A DNA stretch of 52,295 bases from Alphaproteobacteria bacterium (lineage in GTDB: Bacteria > Pseudomonadota > Alphaproteobacteria > JBFXJJ01), in the NCBI GenBank assembly GCA_050175015.1, contig JBFXJJ010000015.1, forward strand, positions 1 through 52,295, written 5' to 3'. The notes below the pieces were generated by a model. That model ran no database searches. It was not told the origin of the DNA and saw only the letters and a list, made by a program, of their open reading frames with translations. A program made the translations under genes and the position numbers. Position 1 is the stretch's first letter, and each line of letters starts with the position of its first letter. Of the stretch, positions 36,028 to 45,214 are shown in pieces.

Positions 36028-38757
36028 ATGTCTCGAGTACCAACATTAGCATCTCATAACAGCTTCGTTAGAAGAATGATGGACACACAGTATAATTTTA
36101 GTAAATACAATTTGCAAAGTTCTACTGGTCAGAAATCAACTACCTATAGTGGACTTGGTGGAATAGACAGTTATCGTCTTATTAATATGGAAAATGAGTA
36201 TCAAAGAACAACAAATTACATAACAACCAACACTATAACTCAAGTACGGTTAGAACAAATGTCATCTTCTGTTGATGCTATAAAGACATCTCTTGATGAG
36301 TTCCAAGATGCATTGTTAGCGTTTTCATCTTATGACTTGGAAGATGCGTATCCTATTTATTATGATGAATATGTTGAAGGTGAAGTAACGGCAACAAGTG
36401 AAACCAGCGGCAACTTAACATTCTCTGCCGCAGACAATACTATTACGGTAGAAGATGAAGAGTTTTTTCAAAATCTTGTTGATGGGGCTTATTTTGAGCT
36501 AAAGAATACTGTAAATAATGACGGAATGTATAAGATAGAATATGTTTCATCAGACGGCAAAACTATTAAAATTTCAGCAGATACGCCATTAGTTGATGAG
36601 ACTGTAGATGTAAGTACTAACCAAGATGTTACAATGCATTATGCTTATACGCCTGAAACTGAAAATTCTAAAATCAAATCCGTAAGTTCGGATATAAGTT
36701 CAGAAATAACATCGCTTCAAGAATTCGCATTTAATACGATGAAGTCTTTAGAGTATTATCTTAATACTAAAGTTGATGGCAGTTATCTTTTTGGCGGCGG
36801 TGACACAAACTCAGCTCCAGTAAGCATTCCTTATGACACTTTGGAAGAGTTTCAAGCCGCATATGACGGGCAGACAGTAACTTATCCTTCAACCGCAAGC
36901 TCGCACTTATGTGATATTAAGCTTGATTCTGAAAATATTGAAATGGCGGACGTTTTATCAGACCAAAGGATTGTTGGAAAACTAGATGGCGAGGGAACAG
37001 GTAATATAACTATAACTGCGGCAACAAATACTATAACCGCAGAAAAAGCAAATTCTTTTGCAGGATTAGAAGTTGGAGACACAATAACTCTTTCGGGTAC
37101 GGGGCTTAATGATGGCAGTTACGTCATTACAAGTAATGATGGGACTAACATTACGGTTGATTTAGCAACGCCCTTAGCAGATGAGACAATAAACACGAAT
37201 GTAGCCTTAGAAGGGGTTTCGATAACTTCTGATAATACGGCAGTAAAAACTATTGTTGGGCTGCAAACGGATTTAGGAAGTTTAGCGTTTGACAACGTTG
37301 CAAACTCTGTAACCGCTGGAACAGCAGGGGCATTCAGCAATATTCAGGTTGGAGCTCAGATTGAAATCAAGAATTCTGGAACAGTCAACGATGGAATTTA
37401 TACAGTAGCAAGCAATGATGGCACCACTATGACCTTTGTTGAAGCTGTTACTACAACCGTAACAGTTAATAGCGCTCTTGATTTATCTAATGTTAGCCTT
37501 GGATATACAGATCCTAATGCTGATCCTGAAGAAGATGTCAGAGGAGACTTGTTCTTTGAAAGAGTTCCAGAGGAAGAACCTTCTTGGAGTGATAAAGGCT
37601 ATATTACGGCTGAAAATTATGATGCTTTTATAAGTACGTCTTTCAAAGGGTCGACGCTTACAACTGGCAGTATTACGTTCTCTGCTGATACTAATAAAAT
37701 TGTAGCAGAAAACAGCGGCACCTTTAGTACGTTCAGCGCTGGAGATACGATTGTAATTAATAATTCCGATGACCCAACGAATGATGGCGTTTATTATATT
37801 GAAAGTGTTTCCACTGATGGCAAAACGATTAAATTATCATCTTCGACACCAATTGCGGCTAATGCAAGTTACACTGCAGCAGAAGATTTAGAAGATATAA
37901 CCTTTGGCAAAACGTTTTCTGTCGGATCAACAATAGATTTATCTGGAATCACCGATGGTTTAGATGGTTCTTATACCATTCTAGGTGTTGAGCTTGTTGA
38001 GGATCAGGTACACCCTGATTATGATAATATGGAGTTTCTTTCAACTGCAACTCCAGATCCTTTAACAACTTATACATCAGATAGGATTAGATTTATTGTT
38101 CAGATTAACTCTGATGACAGCAATTTTCCTCTGACCACAGATCCCGAAACTGGACTTGCTTTAACAGATGAGACAGGCGAGAAAATATTGCCTAACATCG
38201 TAAGCCTTAACGATGATATGACCATTTCATCAAGTTCATATTACAATGGCGATGATATGTCGACATCTCAAAGAATTAGCGAAAGCAGCACAATGACTAT
38301 AGATTTGAATGGTGAATATGCTGCTTTTGAAAAGGCAATTAGAGCTTTGGCTGAGATTGCTCAGGGCAATTTAATAGATGAACGAGACCCAAGGGATGAA
38401 ACCGATCCTGACAATCCATTGCTATATAAAGAAACAGATACTGACAGAGCTTATCAACGTGTATCAGATGCTTTAGCCCTTCTTAATGATGCTTTGGAAC
38501 ACGATCCTGCAAGTGATGAAGCTTCAGGAGATATGGCAACAATTACTTATCAATTAACAATGAAACTTGCGACAATTGAAACAACGATTGATTCGCAAGA
38601 GACATACTCAACCTATTTATTAAATGAGATTGACAATATAGAAACGGTTGATCCTTTAGAAGCTGTAACCGCAATGCAGGCAGAAGAGCTAGCTTTAGAA
38701 ACAGCTTATTCGGTTTTGGCTGCAATGCAGGAGTTAACACTTTTAGACTACTTGTAA
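36028..38757 (+). CDS. flgL: Flagellar hook-associated protein FlgL with repeat insertions
   Basis: SSTGQK..YSGL, LNTKVDGSYLFGG, AFEKAIRAL, IETVDP.EA...LET.Y...LTLLDYL; follows flgK. Confidence 0.88.
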   Translation: MSRVPTLASHNSFVRRMMDTQYNFSKYNLQSSTGQKSTTYSGLGGIDSYRLINMENEYQRTTNYITTNTITQVRLEQMSSSVDAIKTSLDEFQDALLAFSSYDLEDAYPIYYDEYVEGEVTATSETSGNLTFSAADNTITVEDEEFFQNLVDGAYFELKNTVNNDGMYKIEYVSSDGKTIKISADTPLVDETVDVSTNQDVTMHYAYTPETENSKIKSVSSDISSEITSLQEFAFNTMKSLEYYLNTKVDGSYLFGGGDTNSAPVSIPYDTLEEFQAAYDGQTVTYPSTASSHLCDIKLDSENIEMADVLSDQRIVGKLDGEGTGNITITAATNTITAEKANSFAGLEVGDTITLSGTGLNDGSYVITSNDGTNITVDLATPLADETINTNVALEGVSITSDNTAVKTIVGLQTDLGSLAFDNVANSVTAGTAGAFSNIQVGAQIEIKNSGTVNDGIYTVASNDGTTMTFVEAVTTTVTVNSALDLSNVSLGYTDPNADPEEDVRGDLFFERVPEEEPSWSDKGYITAENYDAFISTSFKGSTLTTGSITFSADTNKIVAENSGTFSTFSAGDTIVINNSDDPTNDGVYYIESVSTDGKTIKLSSSTPIAANASYTAAEDLEDITFGKTFSVGSTIDLSGITDGLDGSYTILGVELVEDQVHPDYDNMEFLSTATPDPLTTYTSDRIRFIVQINSDDSNFPLTTDPETGLALTDETGEKILPNIVSLNDDMTISSSSYYNGDDMSTSQRISESSTMTIDLNGEYAAFEKAIRALAEIAQGNLIDERDPRDETDPDNPLLYKETDTDRAYQRVSDALALLNDALEHDPASDEASGDMATITYQLTMKLATIETTIDSQETYSTYLLNEIDNIETVDPLEAVTAMQAEELALETAYSVLAAMQELTLLDYL
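36406..37990 (+). repeat. About 4.5 dispersed intragenic repeats of a ~65-aa beta-rich module in FlgL
   Basis: G.(L/I)xFxA..N.I....F.....G..I.(L/I)....NDG.Y.(I/V)...DG.T modules starting near 36406, 36997, 37273, 37663, and a partial one near 37909. Confidence 0.8.
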
Positions 38758-38823
38758 AATGTATTTTATTGTGGCTTGTAGGGTTTAATTATAGGTCTAA
38801 TAAAAGATAAATAGATAAAATTT

Positions 38824-38872
38824 TCTTGGGGCGTTGTTTGATAAAAACGAGAGATTGCCCCAAGATTTTTTT
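38824..38872 (+). terminator. Terminator of the flagellar operon
   Basis: TCTTGGGGC...GCCCCAAGA followed by T7. Confidence 0.7.
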
Positions 38873-38956
38873 GTTGAAATAATATATGGCTCTAATCAGT
38901 AAATTTTTAGAGTTTTTAATAATGATAAAATTATAAAAAAATTGTTCTCAAAAAAC

Positions 38957-38994
38957 AGAACAAGAGATTTTAAATTAATAAAATCTCTTGTTCT
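38957..38994 (-). terminator. 16-bp perfect inverted repeat, probable terminator of the peptidase operon
   Basis: AGAACAAGAGATTTTA-N6-TAAAATCTCTTGTTCT. Confidence 0.65.
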
Positions 38995-39021
38995 TCGGGA
39001 AAACTAATTTTTAAAGATTTA

Positions 39022-40158
39022 TTATCTTAAATTAGCTATATTTTGTTTAATTAAAGCACTGGCAGGAACAGTTGAAGCGCTATCCTGAGACTTAGCAGCT
39101 GAAGCTTGTTCAATATAACGGTTTTTGTTTTCTTCAATTGCAAGCTTTTTGCTTTTTTCTTTCTTAATTTTTATAATGGATTCCCAATAAACCGACTTGG
39201 TGTTACCACGGCTATGAGGGTTCTTTTTCTCATTAATATATTTATAAGTTGGAATTTCAACTAAACTGTCATCTGGCTGGATATTGTGTTTAGCTTTACG
39301 AACTTCAAAATAATCATTCAGTAAATCCATATTCTTACGAGAAATTCCAAGATAATGCTGGGTGTCAAGCAAGTCAGGAGATTCTTTGTTGTCATCAAAG
39401 TAATTGCTGTGTTCGGGTGTTTTGCATATTTTTCTAACAATAATGTTCGATGGACAACTGCGATCAAAGCCGACGATATTCATCATGTTTTCATCACGTA
39501 TTTTATCTAAAACTTCAACTTGTTGGGAGTCGTATTGCTCTCTAATATTGAAATCGTTGTACCAGCCTTTAAAACCAGCTAACAATAATGCACTTTTATT
39601 TGATTCAATTTCGCCGCCATTTTTAGACAACGTTTCTTCAATCAATTTTGCTACTTCAGGACCGTCTTTTTTGAATTCATTCCAAGGAGCATCAAATCCT
39701 ATTGATTTTAGTTCTAAGGCAACAAAACCAGCATTGGCTTCAGCATCGGCTTCCATTGCGCGGTTGATTTGAATCTGAGTTTTGGTGTTATCTGATTCAG
39801 CATAAAGGTTCATACCGTTGCTGTATTGACAGGCGTGACGTAATTCATGAGCTAAAATTGATACAGCCATAGCATCGTTTACATTACCGTTGATATAAAT
39901 GCTTTTTTGTTCGTAAGAACAAACTCCCATATCCTCAAGAGTTGGCTCAAAGTGAATAGAAAAATTGTTTTCTTTAGCGGTATCTAGAAGATATTTTCCT
40001 TGAGGGCTTTGTTCTAAAATCGCCGTAACTCTGTCAATCCTATTGCGGTCTTTAGGCATTACAAATTCCCGAGAAGCTTTCCCCGTATTATTATAAATAG
40101 AATCTACGGCATTTTTTAGTATGTTGTTTTTTACTTTAAAGCTTTCGGGCATATTCAT
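39022..40158 (-). CDS. Putative gluzincin-type metallopeptidase (DUF6782-like)
   Basis: S..G..LL, LAHELRHACQ, RAMEADAEA; paralog of 40869-41894. Confidence 0.75.
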   Translation of the reverse strand: MNMPESFKVKNNILKNAVDSIYNNTGKASREFVMPKDRNRIDRVTAILEQSPQGKYLLDTAKENNFSIHFEPTLEDMGVCSYEQKSIYINGNVNDAMAVSILAHELRHACQYSNGMNLYAESDNTKTQIQINRAMEADAEANAGFVALELKSIGFDAPWNEFKKDGPEVAKLIEETLSKNGGEIESNKSALLLAGFKGWYNDFNIREQYDSQQVEVLDKIRDENMMNIVGFDRSCPSNIIVRKICKTPEHSNYFDDNKESPDLLDTQHYLGISRKNMDLLNDYFEVRKAKHNIQPDDSLVEIPTYKYINEKKNPHSRGNTKSVYWESIIKIKKEKSKKLAIEENKNRYIEQASAAKSQDSASTVPASALIKQNIANLR

Positions 40159-40185
40159 TTCTTTATCCTTATATTTGAATAATTA

Positions 40186-40797
40186 TTATTTAAGCATATT
40201 TTTTTGAATAGGCAAATCTGCCATAACGGTATTTTCTTCTAATACGCTAACAAATCCATTTCTAGAAATGTTAAGCTGCGCTAAAATTAACTCATTTTGA
40301 TGAATGATAAAAGCCTTAGCATCAAAATCCCCATCATCTTTCACTCTAGCATTAACAGGAGTTAAGATATTTGATAGCTCGCTTTCTAACTCATCGTTGT
40401 AATTTGGCTGAAGAGGGATATCGCTGAATTTTTCAACGAAATAAAAATTATCACCTTCTTTATTGCGAATCGCCGAGAAAAAGAATTTAAGATATTCAGA
40501 TAAATTGGTAAGATTCAATTCAATTGGAGATTCCTTATTGGCTCTCGTGATTGGTGCTGCTGAATAATCTAACTTGATAATGTTTTCATTATCGTAAAGA
40601 AAATTCATAGAGCAGCGAGGATAAGCATTAGCTTCAATAGCCTTTAAAAGTTTAAAATTTTTGTAAAAAGGAAGTTCTCTAACTTGGATAATAGAGCTTT
40701 TGATTGAAAATCTCTCATTGTCAAACGCGGAGTTTACAGCTTGCACTGCTTTAATATAGTCATCACCACTAAGAATTTGCCAAGTATTTTCAATCAT
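40186..40797 (-). CDS. Hypothetical protein
   Basis: 203-aa ORF with RBS; LPFY, LD....PI...N...PI.L......YL.FFF motif. Confidence 0.75.
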   Translation of the reverse strand: MIENTWQILSGDDYIKAVQAVNSAFDNERFSIKSSIIQVRELPFYKNFKLLKAIEANAYPRCSMNFLYDNENIIKLDYSAAPITRANKESPIELNLTNLSEYLKFFFSAIRNKEGDNFYFVEKFSDIPLQPNYNDELESELSNILTPVNARVKDDGDFDAKAFIIHQNELILAQLNISRNGFVSVLEENTVMADLPIQKNMLK

Positions 40798-40868
40798 TTT
40801 TTTATCCCGTGTTTCTTACATCTAGTAATATTTTGGCTTGTTTGTCGAAATTTGTCAAATAGTATTAT

Positions 40869-41894
40869 TTAGTTGTTTTGCAGTTTTTTTGATAAAAAGT
40901 GTTGTACTGCAAATTTGGTTGTTTTGCTGAATTTATGACGTCCTGATGGCGTTTTTAATTTTACAACAGGAATTTCTTTTACACTTTTATCTGGTTCTAA
41001 ATTTTGCTGATTTTTTCTTTTAGTCATAAATTTATTAAGTTCTGCCATTGTGTTTTGAGAAACCCCAAGAAACTTTGGTGTTAATAATATTTGAGGATCA
41101 TCTTTGAAATAGTTGCTTCCATCTCTAAATTGACAGCATTGAGCAATCAAATCTTTTGGTGGAACCGATTTGTTAAGAGGTAATTCTTCGCCGTGTTCCA
41201 AGGAATCATTTAAGAAATATAAATTATCTTTGTCATAGGCATTTTTAATGGCATTGTTGTCAAACCAAGCTTTGAAAGTGCTGGTTAAAACTTTGTTTCT
41301 AGCTTCAGGTGTTGCTAAACCTTCTTGTTTTAAGGCTTTTTCCAAGCCTTTAGCTACCGTAGGACTGTCTTCTGTGAAGCATATCCAAGCCATTTCATAG
41401 CCTTTTTCTCTAAGTTCAGAAAGAGCTAAGCCTGCTCTAGCTTCAGCATCAGCTTCCATAACTCTGGTTTCTAAGAAGTATGATTTAGTATCAATATTAT
41501 CTAAGGAACCCATACCATTAACAAATTGACCAGCGTGAGTTAATTCGTGAGCTAAAGTTCCAACGTTTTGGTCGTCGGTGCAGTTGGAATTAAGGACAAC
41601 TAATTTTTTACTTGGATCGCAGTAACCAAGGGCATCACCAACTTTTTGAATAGAAATCATATAATTGTTATCATAAGCTCTTTGTAATAAATCAAGCCCG
41701 GTTTCACTTTCAGCAAGAATTTCAACTGTTTTTTTGATTCTGTCAATTTCAGTTTTATTACCGCAAGCTTTAAAAGGAGGCTCTTCACTTTTTACAATGT
41801 TTCTGTGCCCTTTTTTAGCTGATTGAGAGTGCCTGATAGCATTAAGAGTTTCGCGGATACTTTTGATTTCGTTTGGTCTTCTGCTGGTTACCAT
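40869..41894 (-). CDS. Putative gluzincin-type metallopeptidase (DUF6782-like), paralog 2
   Basis: SETGLDLL, LAHELTHAGQ, RVMEADAEA. Confidence 0.75.
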   Translation of the reverse strand: MVTSRRPNEIKSIRETLNAIRHSQSAKKGHRNIVKSEEPPFKACGNKTEIDRIKKTVEILAESETGLDLLQRAYDNNYMISIQKVGDALGYCDPSKKLVVLNSNCTDDQNVGTLAHELTHAGQFVNGMGSLDNIDTKSYFLETRVMEADAEARAGLALSELREKGYEMAWICFTEDSPTVAKGLEKALKQEGLATPEARNKVLTSTFKAWFDNNAIKNAYDKDNLYFLNDSLEHGEELPLNKSVPPKDLIAQCCQFRDGSNYFKDDPQILLTPKFLGVSQNTMAELNKFMTKRKNQQNLEPDKSVKEIPVVKLKTPSGRHKFSKTTKFAVQHFLSKKLQNN

Positions 41895-42130
41895 AATTGT
41901 TATTGTCCTTGAAAGATTTTTTATGAAATTTTATTCTTAGTAACTATTTAACTTTAGACGTAGGAAGTTGTTTTGTCAACAATTTTATAAAAGATTACAA
42001 CTGTTAATAAGTTTTAACATTTTAGCATTAAGTTGTTGTTGTAAAACCTCTTTTTTATTAAGATAACAAGCATAATTTAAGCTTGTTTTTAAGTCTTAAG
42101 GATAAAAATTTTTTTCGAAAAAGAGATATT

Positions 42131-43582
42131 ATGAATTTAAAAAAAATAGTTCTAGTTGCGGCTAACGCCAGATATAGTCATACCTCTTTTGGTTTAAGAT
42201 GGCTCTATGCTAATCTAGGCGAATTTCAAAATATTAGTGAGATTTTTGAATTTGATATTAACCGCAAAGTAGAAGATGTTGTTTTTAAGATTTTAGATAA
42301 GAAACCAGACATAGTTGGTTTTGGTGTTTATATCTGGAATGTAACACTTTTAACAAATATTGTGAAACTTCTTAAACAAAAAAGTCCTCAAACGATAGTT
42401 GTTTTAGGTGGACCAGAAATATCTTTTGAATATGATAAAACGGAGGTTACATCTTTCGCTGATTACATAATTTTAGGCGAGGGAGAAAAGGCTTTTTACG
42501 ATATTGTGAACTCGTTTTCACAAGGAAATCCTATATCATCTAAGATTATAAATGGAGGTTATCTTGACGTTAATACTCTAAAGACTCCTTATCATTTATA
42601 TAGCGATGATGATATTAAACATCGGGTTATTTATGTTGAATCTTCTAGGGGGTGTCCTTTTTCTTGTGAGTTCTGCCTTTCATCATTGACCAAAGGTGTT
42701 AGAAAGTTTGAAGTCGATACGTTTTTGAACGATATGGATATTCTAATTAAGCGTGGAGTGAAGCATTTTAAATTTGTTGATCGAACTTTCAATTTTGAGA
42801 AGGAACGAGTTTTTAAAATTTTAGATTTTTTCTTAGAGCGTTTTAAAGAAGGAATGCAACTTCATTTTGAAATTGTTCCAGATTTGTTAAAAAAAGAAGT
42901 GTTAGAGAAAATAAAGGAGTTCCCGCTTCAAGGTCTTCATTTAGAAGCAGGGATACAAAGTCTTAATCAAGAAGTCCTAAAAAGCATATCCCGAAGACAA
43001 GATAACGAAAAAGCTCTAGCTAACATTAAATATATCGTAGAAGAAACGGGAGCTTTGGTTCACGCTGACTTAGTAGCTGGCTTGCCTTATGAAGATTTTG
43101 AGAGTTTTGCTAAAGGTTTTGATTTGTTGTTCGCTGCCAAGCCGCATCACATTCAAGTTGGGATTTTAAAAAAATTAAAGGGCGCTCCTATAAGTCGTCA
43201 TCAAGAGAGCTGTGAGTTAGAATTTTCTAACAAGGAGCCCTATGAAATTATAAAAAACCACACAATGACTGAAACTGAAATAAATAAAATTAAAAAGTTT
43301 GCAAGATTTTTTGACATTTATTGTAATTCTGAAAAATTTCCTAATTCAATGCCATTGGTTTGGGAAAATGAGGCTTCTGCCTTTTATGCGTTAAATAACT
43401 TTTTTAATTTTGTATATAATAAGTTTCAACGGGACTATTCTTTGGAATTGTTTGATAGAGCAGAGGCTTTGTTTGAATATTTGACGGTTAATAAAAAAGT
43501 TTTAAAAAGCGTTGCAAAAGAAACTATTGCTGGCGATTTCTATAGCGTTAGAGGCCGAAAAGACAAGTTGTCATTTATGTAA
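42131..43582 (+). CDS. B12-binding-domain radical SAM protein (DUF4080-associated type)
   Basis: NARYSH, GVYIWN, GGPEIS, ESSRGCPFSCEFCLS, FVDRTFN, DLVAGLP.E; start probably ATG 42131. Confidence 0.92.
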   Translation: MNLKKIVLVAANARYSHTSFGLRWLYANLGEFQNISEIFEFDINRKVEDVVFKILDKKPDIVGFGVYIWNVTLLTNIVKLLKQKSPQTIVVLGGPEISFEYDKTEVTSFADYIILGEGEKAFYDIVNSFSQGNPISSKIINGGYLDVNTLKTPYHLYSDDDIKHRVIYVESSRGCPFSCEFCLSSLTKGVRKFEVDTFLNDMDILIKRGVKHFKFVDRTFNFEKERVFKILDFFLERFKEGMQLHFEIVPDLLKKEVLEKIKEFPLQGLHLEAGIQSLNQEVLKSISRRQDNEKALANIKYIVEETGALVHADLVAGLPYEDFESFAKGFDLLFAAKPHHIQVGILKKLKGAPISRHQESCELEFSNKEPYEIIKNHTMTETEINKIKKFARFFDIYCNSEKFPNSMPLVWENEASAFYALNNFFNFVYNKFQRDYSLELFDRAEALFEYLTVNKKVLKSVAKETIAGDFYSVRGRKDKLSFM

Positions 43583-43736
43583 TTTTATTTTGTCTTACGG
43601 TAAGTATTAACAGACAAATTTTAATTTTGTTAAGCAAAGCTGCCAAGATGCTTGTAACAAGGCAAAATAAATGCTTATTACTAAATACCAAGCATTTTAG
43701 TTTGCAGAGCAACTTTTTTATTTTTATGGGAAAATG

Positions 43737-44501
43737 TTATTGCAGCCACAAAGGCTTTTTTCGCTTATCATGAGGGGCATTTTTACTATAGCCGTTAAAC
43801 AAGTAACCGCCGTTGTTTTCTAGTGCTTCTTCAAGTTTTTCTAGATGCTTTTCTGAAAACTGATTGTTATGCGCTGCAAACATAATTTCTTCAAAATTTT
43901 TGAAATAGTCAGGAAAATTTTCTTGCAGTATTCTAGGCAGATGCTTGCCTTGTGATGAGAACATATTGTTATAGCGGAGGATTAGCTCGCCTAAGCTATA
44001 GTAGAGCTTGTATAAAATCGCTCTTATTTCTTCAGGTTTGCGCTCACCTTTTAAATCATCAATTAAATCGCTAACACTATAACGCATAGTATCTAGTTGA
44101 TCGTTTTTTAAATTTTGAGCACCTTTTTTTAAATATTTTGAAGCATATTTTTTTAACTGTAAAAATCGTGGAGATTCTTGAGGAACAGGTTTTCCAGAAA
44201 CAATCATATCAATAATAGATAGATGAGCATCTTTGTAGTCCTCTTCCATAAAAGCCTGAATAGTTTCGCAGTCATGGACAAAGGCTTCGACTTGCATATC
44301 TTTATAAATAAAAGACTCACGATATGCTTTCTTTAATTTAGGATAAATTACAACGAGGTCTAAATCAGAAAAATAGGTTCCTTCTCCACGAATAATAGAG
44401 CCTGATGCGACGGCAAACCAAGCTCGATTATATTTTGTAAAGTAAAGTTCATAAGCATTATTAAATGCATCTTTAGAGCTGAAAATAAATTTATTTGTCA
44501 T
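43737..44501 (-). CDS. Pol-beta-like nucleotidyltransferase domain protein
   Basis: GSIIRGEG..FSDLDLVV, RESF, VEAFVH, RY....IDDL. Confidence 0.85.
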   Translation of the reverse strand: MTNKFIFSSKDAFNNAYELYFTKYNRAWFAVASGSIIRGEGTYFSDLDLVVIYPKLKKAYRESFIYKDMQVEAFVHDCETIQAFMEEDYKDAHLSIIDMIVSGKPVPQESPRFLQLKKYASKYLKKGAQNLKNDQLDTMRYSVSDLIDDLKGERKPEEIRAILYKLYYSLGELILRYNNMFSSQGKHLPRILQENFPDYFKNFEEIMFAAHNNQFSEKHLEKLEEALENNGGYLFNGYSKNAPHDKRKKPLWLQ

Positions 44502-44759
44502 ATATCCTAGTTAATGTTCGCTTTGGTTAAAATCAAGAGTTTGGTTAAAACATAAAATAAAGAATAGATTAAATTTTAAAGGCGGTCTTTTTTTGATGCT
44601 AGTAAAAAAAGCAGTTGTAAAAGTGCAAATTTAAAATAGGCCCCTTTTTATGAATTAGTTAAACGTATCTATTATTTTTATTTTTAAAAGAATCTTGCAA
44701 ATATCAATCTATTATAAGTTTTTTTGCTTCAATAATAATTAAATAATTAGTTTTAAGTT

Positions 44760-45191
44760 TTATCTGATATTAAGTTTTTTCATCAAAGCGATTGGAATAG
44801 ATTTGTTTTTTTCTGCGGCGTAATCTTTTTCCTCAATATTGCGGTATATTTCAACCCCATCTTGAGCCGTATATCCAGCCGAAAATAATGCGCAGGCATA
44901 TTCTGCAAAAACAATATTTAAGACAGATTTTTCTTCCAGATTTATTTTGGGGCTGTTATTAGAACCATTTGTTTCAGTGTATTTTTTTGCCAGCTCATTA
45001 AAAAAATATAAAGATGTTTGCTCTTTTTCTGTTTCTGATATTTGGACATTATTTTCTGCTGATTTTAACAAGACCTCAGAAATTCGTGCTAAACGCAAGC
45101 TCATTGTTAATGTGACGTTTTCACGCTGTTCGTTATTTAAGATTTTGCCCTGAGGTGCGACGTCATTATAATTAAACTTTTTTGATAGCAA
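44760..45191 (-). CDS. Hypothetical protein
   Basis: 143-aa ORF, TTG start after GGAG; no family recognised. Confidence 0.6.
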   Translation of the reverse strand: MLSKKFNYNDVAPQGKILNNEQRENVTLTMSLRLARISEVLLKSAENNVQISETEKEQTSLYFFNELAKKYTETNGSNNSPKINLEEKSVLNIVFAEYACALFSAGYTAQDGVEIYRNIEEKDYAAEKNKSIPIALMKKLNIR

Positions 45192-45214
45192 AATTTTAGT
45201 ACTCCATAAAAATG

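Noticed and set aside
38957-38994. 16-bp perfect inverted repeat as a MITE or IS end
   Set aside because: Only a 6-nt spacer, no transposase, no target duplication and no second copy in the window; position fits a terminator
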